NCBI GenBank assembly: GCA_050331235.1
Contig: JBHJHA010000032.1
Span: forward strand, 1 to 64,000
DNA length: 64,000 nucleotides
Reading direction: 5' to 3'
Origin: Leptolyngbyaceae cyanobacterium
Lineage (GTDB): Bacteria; Cyanobacteriota; Cyanobacteriia; Phormidesmidales; Phormidesmidaceae
In this document: positions 53,690 through 64,000 of the stretch, piece by piece
Layout of the letters: every line of letters starts with the position of its first letter
How positions within the stretch are numbered: position 1 is the stretch's first letter
The notes under the pieces: model-generated
Databases searched by the model: none
What the model was told of the DNA's origin: nothing
Seen by the model: the letters and a program-made list of their open reading frames with translations, nothing else
Program-made: the position numbers and the translations under genes

Positions 53690-55534
53690 CTAACGAGCTT
53701 TTTCCATTTCAAAAATTTCCTGTGCCTCTAAGGCATCCTCTCGTTCGGCCTTGCGCTGGTCTTTTTGCTTGTCGAGCTCCCGCTGCAAATAGCGCACATA
53801 AAACTCCATCATGTGGTCAGCAATAATGTCAGCCCCCGGTTGCCGCACGCTGGCCAAAAAGCCCAAAAGCCGGTCAGGCCAGCGTTGTGTCAGATAAGAC
53901 TGTTCGTGTAGTCGCCCCCGAAAGCCAAAGTAGCGAAACTGGCCCATGTGGCCGTAGAGCCGTCCCGGATTGAGCGGATTGAACTGCGGCGGAATCAGCG
54001 GCACGATGTCGTTGTTGTTGACATATCTAAACATGCGATCGCCCATGCGATCGTTGACCTGCCGGGTAAAGGCCCAGTCGCCCACCCGGGGTTGACCAAA
54101 GGTGTAGAGGCCCGCCACGGTAAAGCCTTGATATTCCAACGAGGTGGCTGCTAGCGTCGCCAACGCCCCACCGAGGCTATGTCCCGTCACCCAAAACTGG
54201 GTTTCCGGCGTCCACCATTTTCGCAGTTGATAAATAACGCGCTTTTCTACGCTCTGCCACGCATCTTGGAAGCCGCGATGCACTTCTCCCGTGGGGATAG
54301 CATCTTTCTGGGTGGCTTCAATCAAGCCAAATCGCTTCATCCGAAACTTGAAGTTGGTTGCCCAATCGGCCGACTGCTGGCTGCCGCGAAACACTAACAC
54401 CACATGCTGGTTTTTGCGAAACATGAAGGCTTGAGTATCGGTGACGCGGTTGAGCAGATATTTATAGTTGTCTTTGAGGTTGACGTCTCGGCGCTGGGCC
54501 TCCCCTTCTCGAATCCAGCTTTTGATCACATCTACGGTGTAGTCAGCCGGATTCTGCCTCATCCAGTGATTATCTCTGTCATCACTGAGCCATAGGCGTA
54601 CAATATCTTCGACGTATTCTGTATCTTCGTAAACCAGGTGAGCGGCTTTAGCCATACAGAGTGACCTAAAAGCATTCATCACGCTGTTGTCGCGCTCGAT
54701 ATGTACAAAGTCGTGGGTGCTGTAGGGCGGCGGCAGGATCTTGTAGCCGTAGCGCTCAAACAGGCTTTGCACACCGTCATAGCCTGCCCAATAAATGTAG
54801 TGAAAGAGCTGATCGTAAAACCCAGAGCCGCCCTGACGCCGATAGGCGCGATCGCCGATGACCCGCACCCAGTAAATAATGAAGGGTTCGAGATCCTCAG
54901 CTGTGACAATCCGCGCTTCGATGGCATTTTCACAGGCTTCTAACGCCCCGAGAAACTCATCAAACCAGTCTCGTAGCGTGAGCTCAATGATAAATTCTTC
55001 ATCGCGATAGCGCTGCAAAACCCGAGCGGTATTCTCGTCCATTTTGCCCGGCTGCTGGCTCATTTGCGTGAGCAGATTGAGACCGCGGCGGGTTTTGACC
55101 ATTTGATCATGGGAGCGGAGGGCACGCTTGAGCCGTTCGTCGTTTGCCTCGAACTGAATGACACGATCGCTGTTTGGCAGCCGTAGCTCAAACAGCCGAT
55201 ACTCTTCAAAATCTAGGATATCGGCCACATTACGAATCGCTTTTTTGCGCGTGAATTCTTCTACAACGCTGCGGGCGAGCTCTCGCCGCTGCCACTGTTT
55301 ATCTTTGAGGTAGCGGTCAATGCCAGCAACCGCCGCGATCGCCCCCATCAGCAGGGCAAAGGCCGCCATCCACTGGGCTCCAAGTTGAGACTGGGCCAGG
55401 ATTTCGGGGGACAGCCGCGACGCCTGGGCCACCGTTCCCGATGGGGGAGGGCTAATTGCGTGGGCCCCGAGGGGGAGGCCTAGGCCACTGCTAAATGCGA
55501 TTAGTACACTTGTAGAGACCCGCTGAATACCCAT
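53690..55534 (-). CDS. Class 3 lipase fused to an uncharacterised N-terminal domain
   Basis: VFRGS, VHRGF, TGHSLGG, TFGQPRVG, NNDIVP and DH motifs in the C-terminal part. Confidence 0.88.
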   Translation of the reverse strand: MGIQRVSTSVLIAFSSGLGLPLGAHAISPPPSGTVAQASRLSPEILAQSQLGAQWMAAFALLMGAIAAVAGIDRYLKDKQWQRRELARSVVEEFTRKKAIRNVADILDFEEYRLFELRLPNSDRVIQFEANDERLKRALRSHDQMVKTRRGLNLLTQMSQQPGKMDENTARVLQRYRDEEFIIELTLRDWFDEFLGALEACENAIEARIVTAEDLEPFIIYWVRVIGDRAYRRQGGSGFYDQLFHYIYWAGYDGVQSLFERYGYKILPPPYSTHDFVHIERDNSVMNAFRSLCMAKAAHLVYEDTEYVEDIVRLWLSDDRDNHWMRQNPADYTVDVIKSWIREGEAQRRDVNLKDNYKYLLNRVTDTQAFMFRKNQHVVLVFRGSQQSADWATNFKFRMKRFGLIEATQKDAIPTGEVHRGFQDAWQSVEKRVIYQLRKWWTPETQFWVTGHSLGGALATLAATSLEYQGFTVAGLYTFGQPRVGDWAFTRQVNDRMGDRMFRYVNNNDIVPLIPPQFNPLNPGRLYGHMGQFRYFGFRGRLHEQSYLTQRWPDRLLGFLASVRQPGADIIADHMMEFYVRYLQRELDKQKDQRKAEREDALEAQEIFEMEKAR

Positions 55535-55632
55535 AAACCCTGCCGCATCAATGAACGGATAGATGCCTCGATGCTATCTAAAAAAGTGAGAATGGCAATG
55601 CTCTTTTACCCTTTGTTGACAAGTTCTTTGGG

Positions 55633-56382
55633 ATGGATTTATCAATTTTAGCGACCTGGCCGGAGACCCCCACCGAGGCGATCGCGCTACAAAACCAGCT
55701 GCGATCGCAAATCATTTGCCGAGATGACCTGCAATCGCCCGTGCAATACGTGGCTGGGGTTGATGTCGGGTTTGAAGACCAGGGACGCACCACCCGAGCG
55801 GCGATCGCCGTACTGGAATTTCCCAGTTTGCGCCCCGTTGAATACGCCCTCAAAAAGTGCCCCACGACGTTTCCTTATGTTCCCGGCCTGCTGTCGTTTC
55901 GGGAGATCCCGACGATCTTAAGGGCGATCGCGACGCTGCAGATTATCCCCGACTTGATTCTCTGTGATGGTCAGGGTCTGGCGCATCCTCGGCGGTTGGG
56001 CATTGCCTGTCACCTGGGCCTGATTTTGGACTGCCCCACCATTGGCGTGGCCAAGTCTCGGTTGATTGGCACCCATGCGCCCGTCCCGGAACAAAAGGGG
56101 GACTGGGTGCCGCTATACGACCAAGAAGAGCAAGTCGGCGCGGTTCTCCGCAGTCGCATGGGCACCAAGCCGCTCTACATTTCAGCGGGGCATCGCCTCA
56201 GTCTGCTGACGGCCTTGGACTATGTGCTGCGCTGTACACCCCAATATCGCCTGCCCGAAACCACGCGCCTCGCCGATCGCTTAGCGTCTAACCGCGGCCC
56301 CTTGCCCCCGATTCAGGCTACGCCACCAGACGATCTGGGCGACCAGCAACTGTCATTACTGGAGATGGCTGGCGATGACTGA
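55633..56382 (+). CDS. nfi: Endonuclease V
   Basis: AGVDV, FPYVPGLLSFRE, DGQG.AHPRR.GIA, GVAKSRL and YRLPE motifs. Confidence 0.96.
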   Translation: MDLSILATWPETPTEAIALQNQLRSQIICRDDLQSPVQYVAGVDVGFEDQGRTTRAAIAVLEFPSLRPVEYALKKCPTTFPYVPGLLSFREIPTILRAIATLQIIPDLILCDGQGLAHPRRLGIACHLGLILDCPTIGVAKSRLIGTHAPVPEQKGDWVPLYDQEEQVGAVLRSRMGTKPLYISAGHRLSLLTALDYVLRCTPQYRLPETTRLADRLASNRGPLPPIQATPPDDLGDQQLSLLEMAGDD

Positions 56383-56538
56383 CGGCCCACGGTGCTCCTC
56401 GGGTATCGTCATGATTGAAGGGAGCGGTTCGCGCAGCGTCAGCATCACCCAGCAGAATCATACCTGCGTCGAGTTTCACATCGTTCAGCCCGACCTATGT
56501 CAACTACATCGACCCACATCCTGAGAGCTGACAGACCG

Positions 56539-59500
56539 CTAGGGCGAATACCATCGACGCAGCATCCTGATGAGTTCATCTTCCATAATGGGTTTGCTCA
56601 GATAGTCATCCATGCCCGCTTGCAAACACCGCTCGCGATCGCCCTCAATGGCGTTGGCCGTGAGTCCGATAAAATCATGTGGTCATCCTCGCCTTCCTGC
56701 GCGCGCAGCCGTTGGGTGGCCGCATAGCCGTCGAGCTGGGGCATTTGACAATCCATCAACACAAGGTCGTACGCCTGCTCCGCCACCCGCTCCAAAAAGG
56801 CTATTCCATCGGCCACGCTGTCAGCCTCGCAGCCTAAGTTTTCGAGCAGATACACCATCAGCTCTCGGTTGTCAGCATAATCTTCGACCACCAAGATGCT
56901 GGGCGTCACGTCGACAAATCCCCGAGGCTGGCCGGCGGTGCCAGAAGTCTCCAGGGGGTGGGGCTCAGTTTCAGCCAGGTGGTCTGGCTCCGCGATGCCA
57001 AATGGCACCCGCAGCCAAAAGCTCGCTCCCTGATTGGGCTCGCTGTTTAGGCCAATCTCACCGCCCATGGCCTGCACGATGCGACGGCAGATGGTGAGAC
57101 CTAACCCGGTGCCGCCAAACTGCCGAGAGATGGTGCTGTCGGACTGGGTAAATGGCTGAAAGAGCTTCTCTTGCAAATCCGGCGCGATGCCGATGCCCGT
57201 ATCTTCAACCGTAAAACAGAGGAGGGTCCTATCCGCTGCAGCAGGAGATTCGGAATGGAGTGCGACCTCTACTTTGACCGACCCAGAGGTGGTGAACTTA
57301 ATAGCGTTGCTGATCAGGTTACCGAGAATCTGCTGTAGGCGAAAATCGTCGCCGACCACCTGCTGAGGCACCCTGACGTCAATGTCAAAGGTGAGACTGA
57401 GCCCCTTGGCCTCGGCTAGGGGGGCAAAGCTACTAGACAGGGCGATAAAAACTGTGTCGAGCGCAAAGGGATGGACCTCTAGCTCCAACTCCTGGGCCTC
57501 AATTTTCGACAGTGATAAAATGTTGTCGATCAGGGTCAGTAATTTTTCGCCATTGGATTTGAGCGTATCGAGCAGTCGCCGCTGGGTGCTGTTGGTAATG
57601 CTGCGCTCTAGCAGTTGCGCAACGACCAAAATCGAGTTCATCGGGGTGCGAATTTCGTGGCTCATATTCGCTAAAAACTCGCTCTTGGCTTGGTTGGCCG
57701 AGTCAGCCAACTGGGCTACGGCGATCGCCTCTTCCAGGGCTTCATTGCGCCGCCGCAGTTCCCGCTCGATTTCCTTGCGGTCTGTGATCTCGACAATCAC
57801 GGCTCCGATGCCATGACCGTCGTTGGAGAAATCGACTGGATAATAGCTGGCCAGCCAATACCGCCGAATATCTGGAGCGGCGGGTGTCGTGCCGCTCAGC
57901 TCAACATTGTAAACCGGCTGCAATGTATCTAAAACCTGCTGCAGCCAAGGCTGAATCTGAGCTGCAAGCTCCGGTAGAACCGCGTCTACTGTTTCTCCGA
58001 TATGGGCATCGATATCGTGACCATTGATCTCCGCCAAGGTGCGATTAATCCGCATAAACCGAAACTCTTTGTCCATTAAGCAGAGTCCCACAGGGCTGAG
58101 CTCATACAGACTTTCCAAAATATCGTTGGCAGACTGCAGCGCGACTTGGGTCTGCTTCAGCTCGTTGATCTGCACAAATGTGATCACATTGCCCCCCACC
58201 TGGTTATCGTCCTCCAGGTAGGGATGTACCCGCATCAAAAGATTGTCCTCGCCGGCAGCGGAGTGGGCGATCGCCACTTCTTGCTCAAAGGGTTCCTGGT
58301 CCCGAGTCACCTGCTGCAAGATATCAATCAGATTGGGCTGGTCTAAGTTGTTGGTTAAATCAGTCAGCGGCCGCCCAATATCCGAAGGTTTAATGTTGAA
58401 GGCATCGGTCGCCGCCGGGGTGAACTTACGGATATTAAACTCCGTATCGAGAAAGATGACGCCAATGTCGGTACTGCGCAGCAAATTATCAATGTCGTTA
58501 TTGAGCTGGGTCAGCTCCTGGATTTTGGCCTGATATTCTGAGTTGACGGTGTATAGCTCTTCATTGACTGACTGCAGCTCTTCGTTAGAGGCCAGGAGTT
58601 CCTCGTTGGTGGCCTGCTGCTCTTCGTTCGCAGTTTCTAATTCCTCAATGGTGACCTGAAGGTTTTCGCGGGTTTGCTGCAGCTCATACTCCAGCTCGGT
58701 AATTTGCTGGGCCGCCTCTTCACCCACCTCAAAGCGACGGTCAACCACGGTTTGGACATCGGGAGTTTCTACCTCTAAAACCACGATCATGTGATCTTTT
58801 CCAGAGGCGCTTTCATCCAGACCTACTCGCATGGTGACATTGAGTCTTTCTTTATCTGGGCCAGCGACTCGGATGCCGGTGTAAAGGACCGTCTCTTTAT
58901 CGCGCTTAGCGCGGTGCAGGGCCGTACTGAGTGGCAACCGCAAATCTGGATGAACTAGCGCTGTCGCATCCAGATTCATTTCACCGATGGGGTAATCCAG
59001 CAGTTTGGCTTCGTTGTGAAAGATGCGGAGCACTTCTCCATTGCTGTTGACGAGCAGGCAGGTCACTTTGCGATCGGTTAAGCACAGTTTTAGCAGACTG
59101 CTAAACATCCGATTTTGCTGCTGCTGCCGAACCCTAGACTGCACCGTGGTTTTAAAAGGAGAGACGATCGCTTGCTTGGCCATGGGCATCGTCAGCCGAT
59201 TAGAATCGCGATGCTTCTGAAACAGCTTCCATTTAGCGTTGATGGTCAAAAACTCATCGCTCAGATTGCCCAAAGTTTCTGAGCTGCCTAAAAATAATGT
59301 GCCTTTGGGAGCCAGGGCAAAATGGAGCAATCGCAAAACCTGCCGCTGTAAGGGGGGCTGCATGTAGATCAGCACGTTGCGGCAGGTCACCAAATTCATT
59401 CTGGAGAAGCCAGCATTTTTCGTCAGATCGTGGGGGGCAATGATCAGCATCTCCCGCAGCGATCGCTTCACCTGGTAATGGTCACCCCGATACTCAAAGT

Positions 59501-60644
59501 AACGCTCCAGTCGCTCTGGCGACACATCATTGGTAATGCTCTCGGGATAGACACCCTGGGCCGCCACACTCAGCGAACTTGTATCTAAATCGGTCGCAAA
59601 AATTTTGACCTGGATGGGTTGATCCAACTCTCGCAGCAGTTCATCAACCAAAATAGCCATGGAGTAAGCCTCTTCCCCCGTGGCACAGGCGGAGATCCAG
59701 ATGCGCAGTTGCTCTTTGGGCTGTAGCTGCTCTATCTGTTGAGGTAAGATGCTGCCTTTGATGATTTCCCAAGCATCAGCATCTCTAAAAAAGCAGGTAG
59801 CGCCGATTAGTAGATCCTGCTTGAGCAGTTTTTGCTCTTCTTCTGAAGTTTGTAAGTACCGAATATAGTTATCGATCGAAGCTTCACGGGTGAGGGCGCA
59901 GCGATGATGAATGCGACGGCTGAGGGTACTCACCTTGTATTGCGTGAAGTCGATATCTTCGCGCTCGGCCAAAATCCCCAAAATTTGCTCGAGCTCTTCT
60001 GGCTTGATCAGATTGACTTCTTCCATTTTTGAGGTGGGAAAGTTATCAGAAAAGCGAATCAGTTCATAAACTGTCTGAGCCAGATCCTGGGGAGACAGCA
60101 CCTCATCCACCAAGCCAGAGGGAATGGCACTCGTCGGCATACTGGTAAATTGAGCCGTCTCCGGCGACTGCACCAGTGCTACCCCCCCGGCTCGACTGAC
60201 CGCCTGGAGGCCCTCTGTGCCATCGCTACCCGTACCCGACAGCAAAATCGCGATGGTTCGCTCCCCCCAGCCCTCAACCAGTGACTGAAAGAAACGATTA
60301 ATCGTCCCGCGGGGTGCATCGGGGGTATTGTTTTCTAAACAAAGCCGCCGATCCCGCAAGACCATCGTTTTGCGGGGCGGTAACACATACACCTGAGCCG
60401 GCTCCAGCAAAATCTGGTCTTTGACCTCTTGCACCGGCAGCGACGTTTGCCGTTGCAAAATCTCGGTCATCATGCTGCGGTGGTTGGGCGACAGATGTTG
60501 AACCACCACAAACGCCCCGCTAGGGTTGTCAGGCAGGCTTTTGAAAAACAGCTCTAAAGCTTGAACGCCTCCGGCAGATGCCCCAATCCCTACGATGAAA
60601 AACTTGTCGTCGTTAGGAGCCGCAGCATGACTGGAGTTGCTCAT
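56539..60644 (-). pseudogene. CheB-CheR-PAS-histidine kinase-REC hybrid with a 1-nt frameshift at about 56672
   Basis: GASAGG, VQH, SGTGSDG; CATGEEAYS, CRNVLIY; MSHEIRTP, GGTGLGL; REC continues in another frame as IGLTANA...GMDDYLSKP to TAG at 56539-56541. Confidence 0.88.
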
Positions 60645-61145
60645 AATGGCTGACTTTACCTTCTGGGTAGACTACTGACTGTGCCGATGTTGTGGTCTGA
60701 AGTGGTTGCCGTTTTTTTGTCAACCTATTGCCAATCTAGTGGTCTGTCAACCTTGAAAATGTGAGTTGGTGCAGGGTTGGATTAAACCCTGTGAAACACC
60801 ATGCAGACAACTGGTTTGCTGGGTTACGGTGACGCTGACTAAACCGAACAAATTCGATTTAACGATGCACCAGGGCGAGTCAGCAAAACCCCGAAGATTA
60901 TTCGCCAGAGAAAAATTGTTTAATGTCTTCGCTAGCCTAAGAAATCTGTGATCAGCCGACATCTATCGCAGGGCATAGCGCGAATGGGGGCGGTGAGATT
61001 AGACGACCTGCTGGAAGACGACTCTCGCCAACTGCTGAGGACCGTATGGTTGCTCGCCTGCCATTTTGTTAGAGACTGATTGTCTGGTTGAGCAGACGCT
61101 CCGTTGGCGACTATTCTAAAAGACTAGATTGAGCGGAGAGCGGGA

Positions 61146-62060
61146 ATGGGGGAATTGGAGGTTAACCAAGTTGGTGTATCGGCTGGAGAACCTCTGCTAC
61201 ATGCAGTCTCTGTGGTTGTCCCCGTTTACAACGAAGAAGATGGGGTGGCTCAAACCTTGGACGAGCTGCATCAAGTTTTGCAATCAACGGGCTACCAGTA
61301 CGAAATTGTGGCCGTTGATGATGGCTCCCGCGATCGCACCGCCGAAATTTTGATCGAGCGGACCGACATTCAGCTCATTCAGCACCGTCGCAACCGTGGC
61401 TATGGGGCCGCCCTCAAAACCGGCATCACCCATGCCAAATATGCCCTCATCGCGATTACCGATGCGGACGGCACCTACCCCAACGATCGCCTCTCGGAAT
61501 TGCTCGCCCTCGCCCAAGAAGCCGATATGGTGGTGGGGGCCCGCACCGGCGCAAATGTCACCTATTCCAAACTGCGCAGCATTCCCAAGTACTTTTTGGT
61601 CGCCTTTGCCCAGTGGATTGCGCAGCAGCCCATTCCCGATATCAACAGCGGCATGCGAGTGTTTCGCACCAGTGTCGTCAAGCGTTTTCTCGGGATCTTG
61701 CCTGACACCTTTAGTTTTACCACCACCATCACCTTGGCGATGTTGACCAACAATTACGTCGTCTACTACCACCCCATTGATTATTTCCACCGCAAGGGCC
61801 GCAGCAAAATTAAGCCGATTCGCGACACCCTACGATTTGTCCAATTAATTCTCAGGACGGGGGTTTACTTTGCGCCGTTGCGGATCTTTTTGCCCATTGC
61901 CGGTTTGTTTTTTGGGGCCTTTTCCCTATCGCTGCTGGTTGATGTCCTCTGGCTGCAAGACATTACCGATACGACTTTGCTGATGTTTGTGACGGCGATT
62001 CAGATCACCATTTTTGCGCTGCTGGCGGACATGATTGACAAGCGCACGGCTCGGTTTTAG
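61146..62060 (+). CDS. Glycosyltransferase family 2
   Basis: VVVPVYNEE, VDDGSRD, NRGYGAA and TDAD motifs; two C-terminal TM segments. Confidence 0.92.
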   Translation: MGELEVNQVGVSAGEPLLHAVSVVVPVYNEEDGVAQTLDELHQVLQSTGYQYEIVAVDDGSRDRTAEILIERTDIQLIQHRRNRGYGAALKTGITHAKYALIAITDADGTYPNDRLSELLALAQEADMVVGARTGANVTYSKLRSIPKYFLVAFAQWIAQQPIPDINSGMRVFRTSVVKRFLGILPDTFSFTTTITLAMLTNNYVVYYHPIDYFHRKGRSKIKPIRDTLRFVQLILRTGVYFAPLRIFLPIAGLFFGAFSLSLLVDVLWLQDITDTTLLMFVTAIQITIFALLADMIDKRTARF

Positions 62061-62105
62061 CTGCTGGGTCGGGGGGTGAGGCTGCGCAGCGATCTCCCCG
62101 CAGCC

Positions 62106-62306
62106 TTAGTCAACCACTTGAATGCGGCCATTGCGAATCGCGTCAAACAGCCGATTGATTTGCTGTCGCTCTTGCTCATCAATGCTGCCGTCGGCTAGCA
62201 CGAGCCGCGTCAGGTCCTGGTACTGTTGCTGGTTAATGTGTCTTGATGCAATAAAGCGATCGACCATCTCGGTCAACTGATAAGGATTTTCGGGTAGCCC
62301 TGACAC
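62106..62306 (-). CDS. Small conserved hypothetical protein
   Basis: GTG start after AGGAGG; LADGSIDEQE motif. Confidence 0.7.
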   Translation of the reverse strand: MSGLPENPYQLTEMVDRFIASRHINQQQYQDLTRLVLADGSIDEQERQQINRLFDAIRNGRIQVVD

Positions 62307-62758
62307 GGTCGTCCTCCTGAGATGGCCATAATCTCAACTTAGGATATCTATCCTCCCATTGTCTCTGGACCAAAGTTTGCTGTTAACGGACGCAAACCCG
62401 GAAAATGCCGGTGGCACCGCCTCCGTCGATACAAAACTTGATTTCCAATCATGATTTGCAACCTTGTTCGGCTCGGGGTCGAGCTCGCTTCAAAGCCTAT
62501 CCGTGGGCCTAACTCAAGGCCTGGCGCGGCCAAGAGTTGCCGCAGGCGGATCATTGGCGGTTTGATTTGTCTTGCTGAAGTGTCAGCTATTTTGCAAGCG
62601 ACTCTAGATGACAATGGTAAAATTTTGATGAATTTTTGACAGTAGCTGAAACCTGCAGATAAAGTTCTGTAAAGTAAACCAAAAGTATCTCTGTGTAGAG
62701 ATGCCTTGGTAGCACTGGTCGGAAATATTTAAGTGGTGATTGAGGAGTTATTTCAGAC

Positions 62759-63565
62759 ATGGTTTTCCAGCGTCTTAGTTTTCTTGCGGGGAGCACCGCA
62801 GCTGCACTGTTGGTAACTCTGCCGGCTCACGCCGAAGAGGCTGCTGCTTCAGCGATGGTGGACTCTACCGATGCTCTAGCGACCGAGATCGAGTTTGACG
62901 CCATCGAAGCTGCGATCGAGCCGACTGGTTTTGAAATGGCCAACATCTTCGCTGAAGAGTCTGCTGCCCTAGTGGAAGCTGCAACCGCAACTGAGCCTGT
63001 GGCCGTTTCCACGTTAGATGACTATCTAGTTGAAGCGGGTGCTACCAGCGAACCCGTTGCGACTTCTGCGGAGTCCTTTTTTGCGGACACTGAGGTGGCG
63101 GATGCGCCTGTGGCAAACGAGGGGGAAGAGGTTGCCCAGGTGACGCGGCCGCTTTACCGAGGCGTGACGCCTTTTTACATTGGTGTGGGCGGCAACATCG
63201 GGATCATCGACAGTGGTAACAGCGCTGTGGGTGACTTTGGCTTCAATATCATCAGTAAGATTTCCCTCGGTCCTCGCTTTGCGGTCCGTCCGTCTTTGCA
63301 GTTCTCCGAAGACGATTTCAATATCACTTTGCCCATCACCTACAACTTCAATCCGATTGACCTCGGTCAGTTCAGCGTTTATCCCTCCTTTGGTGGTGGC
63401 GTTGACTTTGGCGATGATGTCGGTTTGCTGCTCAACGGCGGCTTGGATGTGCCCATCTCCCGTGATTTCACCCTCAATAGCCAAGTAAACTGGCGCGTGA
63501 CGGAAGATACCGGATTGGGCGTTTCCTTGGGCGTTGGCTACAACTTCGGTGTTTTCTTTGAATAA
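62759..63565 (+). CDS. Outer membrane beta-barrel protein with acidic N-terminal extension
   Basis: GAGGAG RBS, signal peptide ending AHA, YIGVGGNIG...LGVGYNF amphipathic strands. Confidence 0.8.
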   Translation: MVFQRLSFLAGSTAAALLVTLPAHAEEAAASAMVDSTDALATEIEFDAIEAAIEPTGFEMANIFAEESAALVEAATATEPVAVSTLDDYLVEAGATSEPVATSAESFFADTEVADAPVANEGEEVAQVTRPLYRGVTPFYIGVGGNIGIIDSGNSAVGDFGFNIISKISLGPRFAVRPSLQFSEDDFNITLPITYNFNPIDLGQFSVYPSFGGGVDFGDDVGLLLNGGLDVPISRDFTLNSQVNWRVTEDTGLGVSLGVGYNFGVFFE

Positions 63566-63626
63566 TCTCGAAGCACCTTCTTGGCACTTGGGTCCTTTGA
63601 CGGTCCAGTGATCCCAATTGATGACT

Positions 63627-63662
63627 AGAGAGCCAGAGCGCGATCGCGCTCTGGCTCTTTTA
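63627..63662 (+). terminator. Terminator formed by a 30-bp perfect palindrome centred on HIP1
   Basis: AGAGCCAGAGCGCGATCGCGCTCTGGCTCT (63629-63658) followed by TTT. Confidence 0.75.
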
Positions 63663-63711
63663 TGTTGACTGAAATGGGCATTCTGCCATCAAGTGCATCC
63701 ATCAGTTCATC

Positions 63712-64000
63712 ATGACGTCTTCTGCCTTATTTGATTTAGCGATCGCCCGAGCCCGGCTGCGGGAAGTTTGGGGCTATCCAGACTTTCGGCCCCCGCAGGA
63801 TACGGTGATTCACGCGTTGCTCCAGCGCCAAGATGCGTTAATCATTTTGCCCACGGGTGGGGGCAAGTCCCTCTGCTTTCAGCTACCGGCGCTGCTGCAG
63901 TCGGGGCTGACCCTGGTGGTGTCTCCTCTCGTCGCGCTCATGGAAAATCAAGTGGCCGAGCTGCGCGCTCGCCGCTTGCCAGCAGCCACCCTCCACAGCG
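63712..64000 (+). CDS. recQ: RecQ family DNA helicase (5' part, runs off the window; not in the ORF track)
   Basis: Manual translation: MTSSALFDLAIARARLREVWGYPDFRPPQ...LPTGGGKSLCFQLPALLQSGLTLVVSPLVALMENQV. Confidence 0.93.
   Translation, partial: MTSSALFDLAIARARLREVWGYPDFRPPQDTVIHALLQRQDALIILPTGGGKSLCFQLPALLQSGLTLVVSPLVALMENQVAELRARRLPAATLHS

Noticed and set aside
60645..61145. Short ORFs 60747-60962 and 60766-60951
   Set aside because: They are mutually antisense with no motifs; this is most likely a divergent promoter region.
62385..62430. c-di-GMP-I riboswitch-like GCAAACCCGGAAAA
   Set aside because: It lacks the GAAA-capped P2 followed by GACGCAAAGC and has no P3.

Overview
Gene-dense chromosomal window from a cyanobacterium: it carries chlP and a CpcT/CpeT lyase, and the HIP1 octamer GCGATCGC is very frequent. 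About 53 CDS cover DNA repair (nth, recF, nfi, partial recQ), a selD-mnmH selenouridine operon, frmA/frmB formaldehyde detoxification, cyclic-nucleotide and two-component signalling, an RND efflux pair and a Dps-centred cluster of stress and hypothetical genes. I found no tRNA, rRNA, CRISPR array, transposase or prophage. Two otherwise intact large genes carry single-base lesions: an in-frame TAG at 40337-40339 in the RND permease, and a 1-nt frameshift at about 56672 that removes the end of the receiver domain of a CheB-CheR-PAS-kinase hybrid. Non-coding signals include a recurring intergenic ATCTATC-N4-GATAGAT-like motif, a structured leader at the left edge (possibly of rpsD), a structured 5' UTR before a DEAD-box helicase, and two perfect palindromes of 24 and 30 bp. 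No clearly new multi-gene system is demonstrable from the sequence alone. The best candidate is the motif-linked stress regulon.
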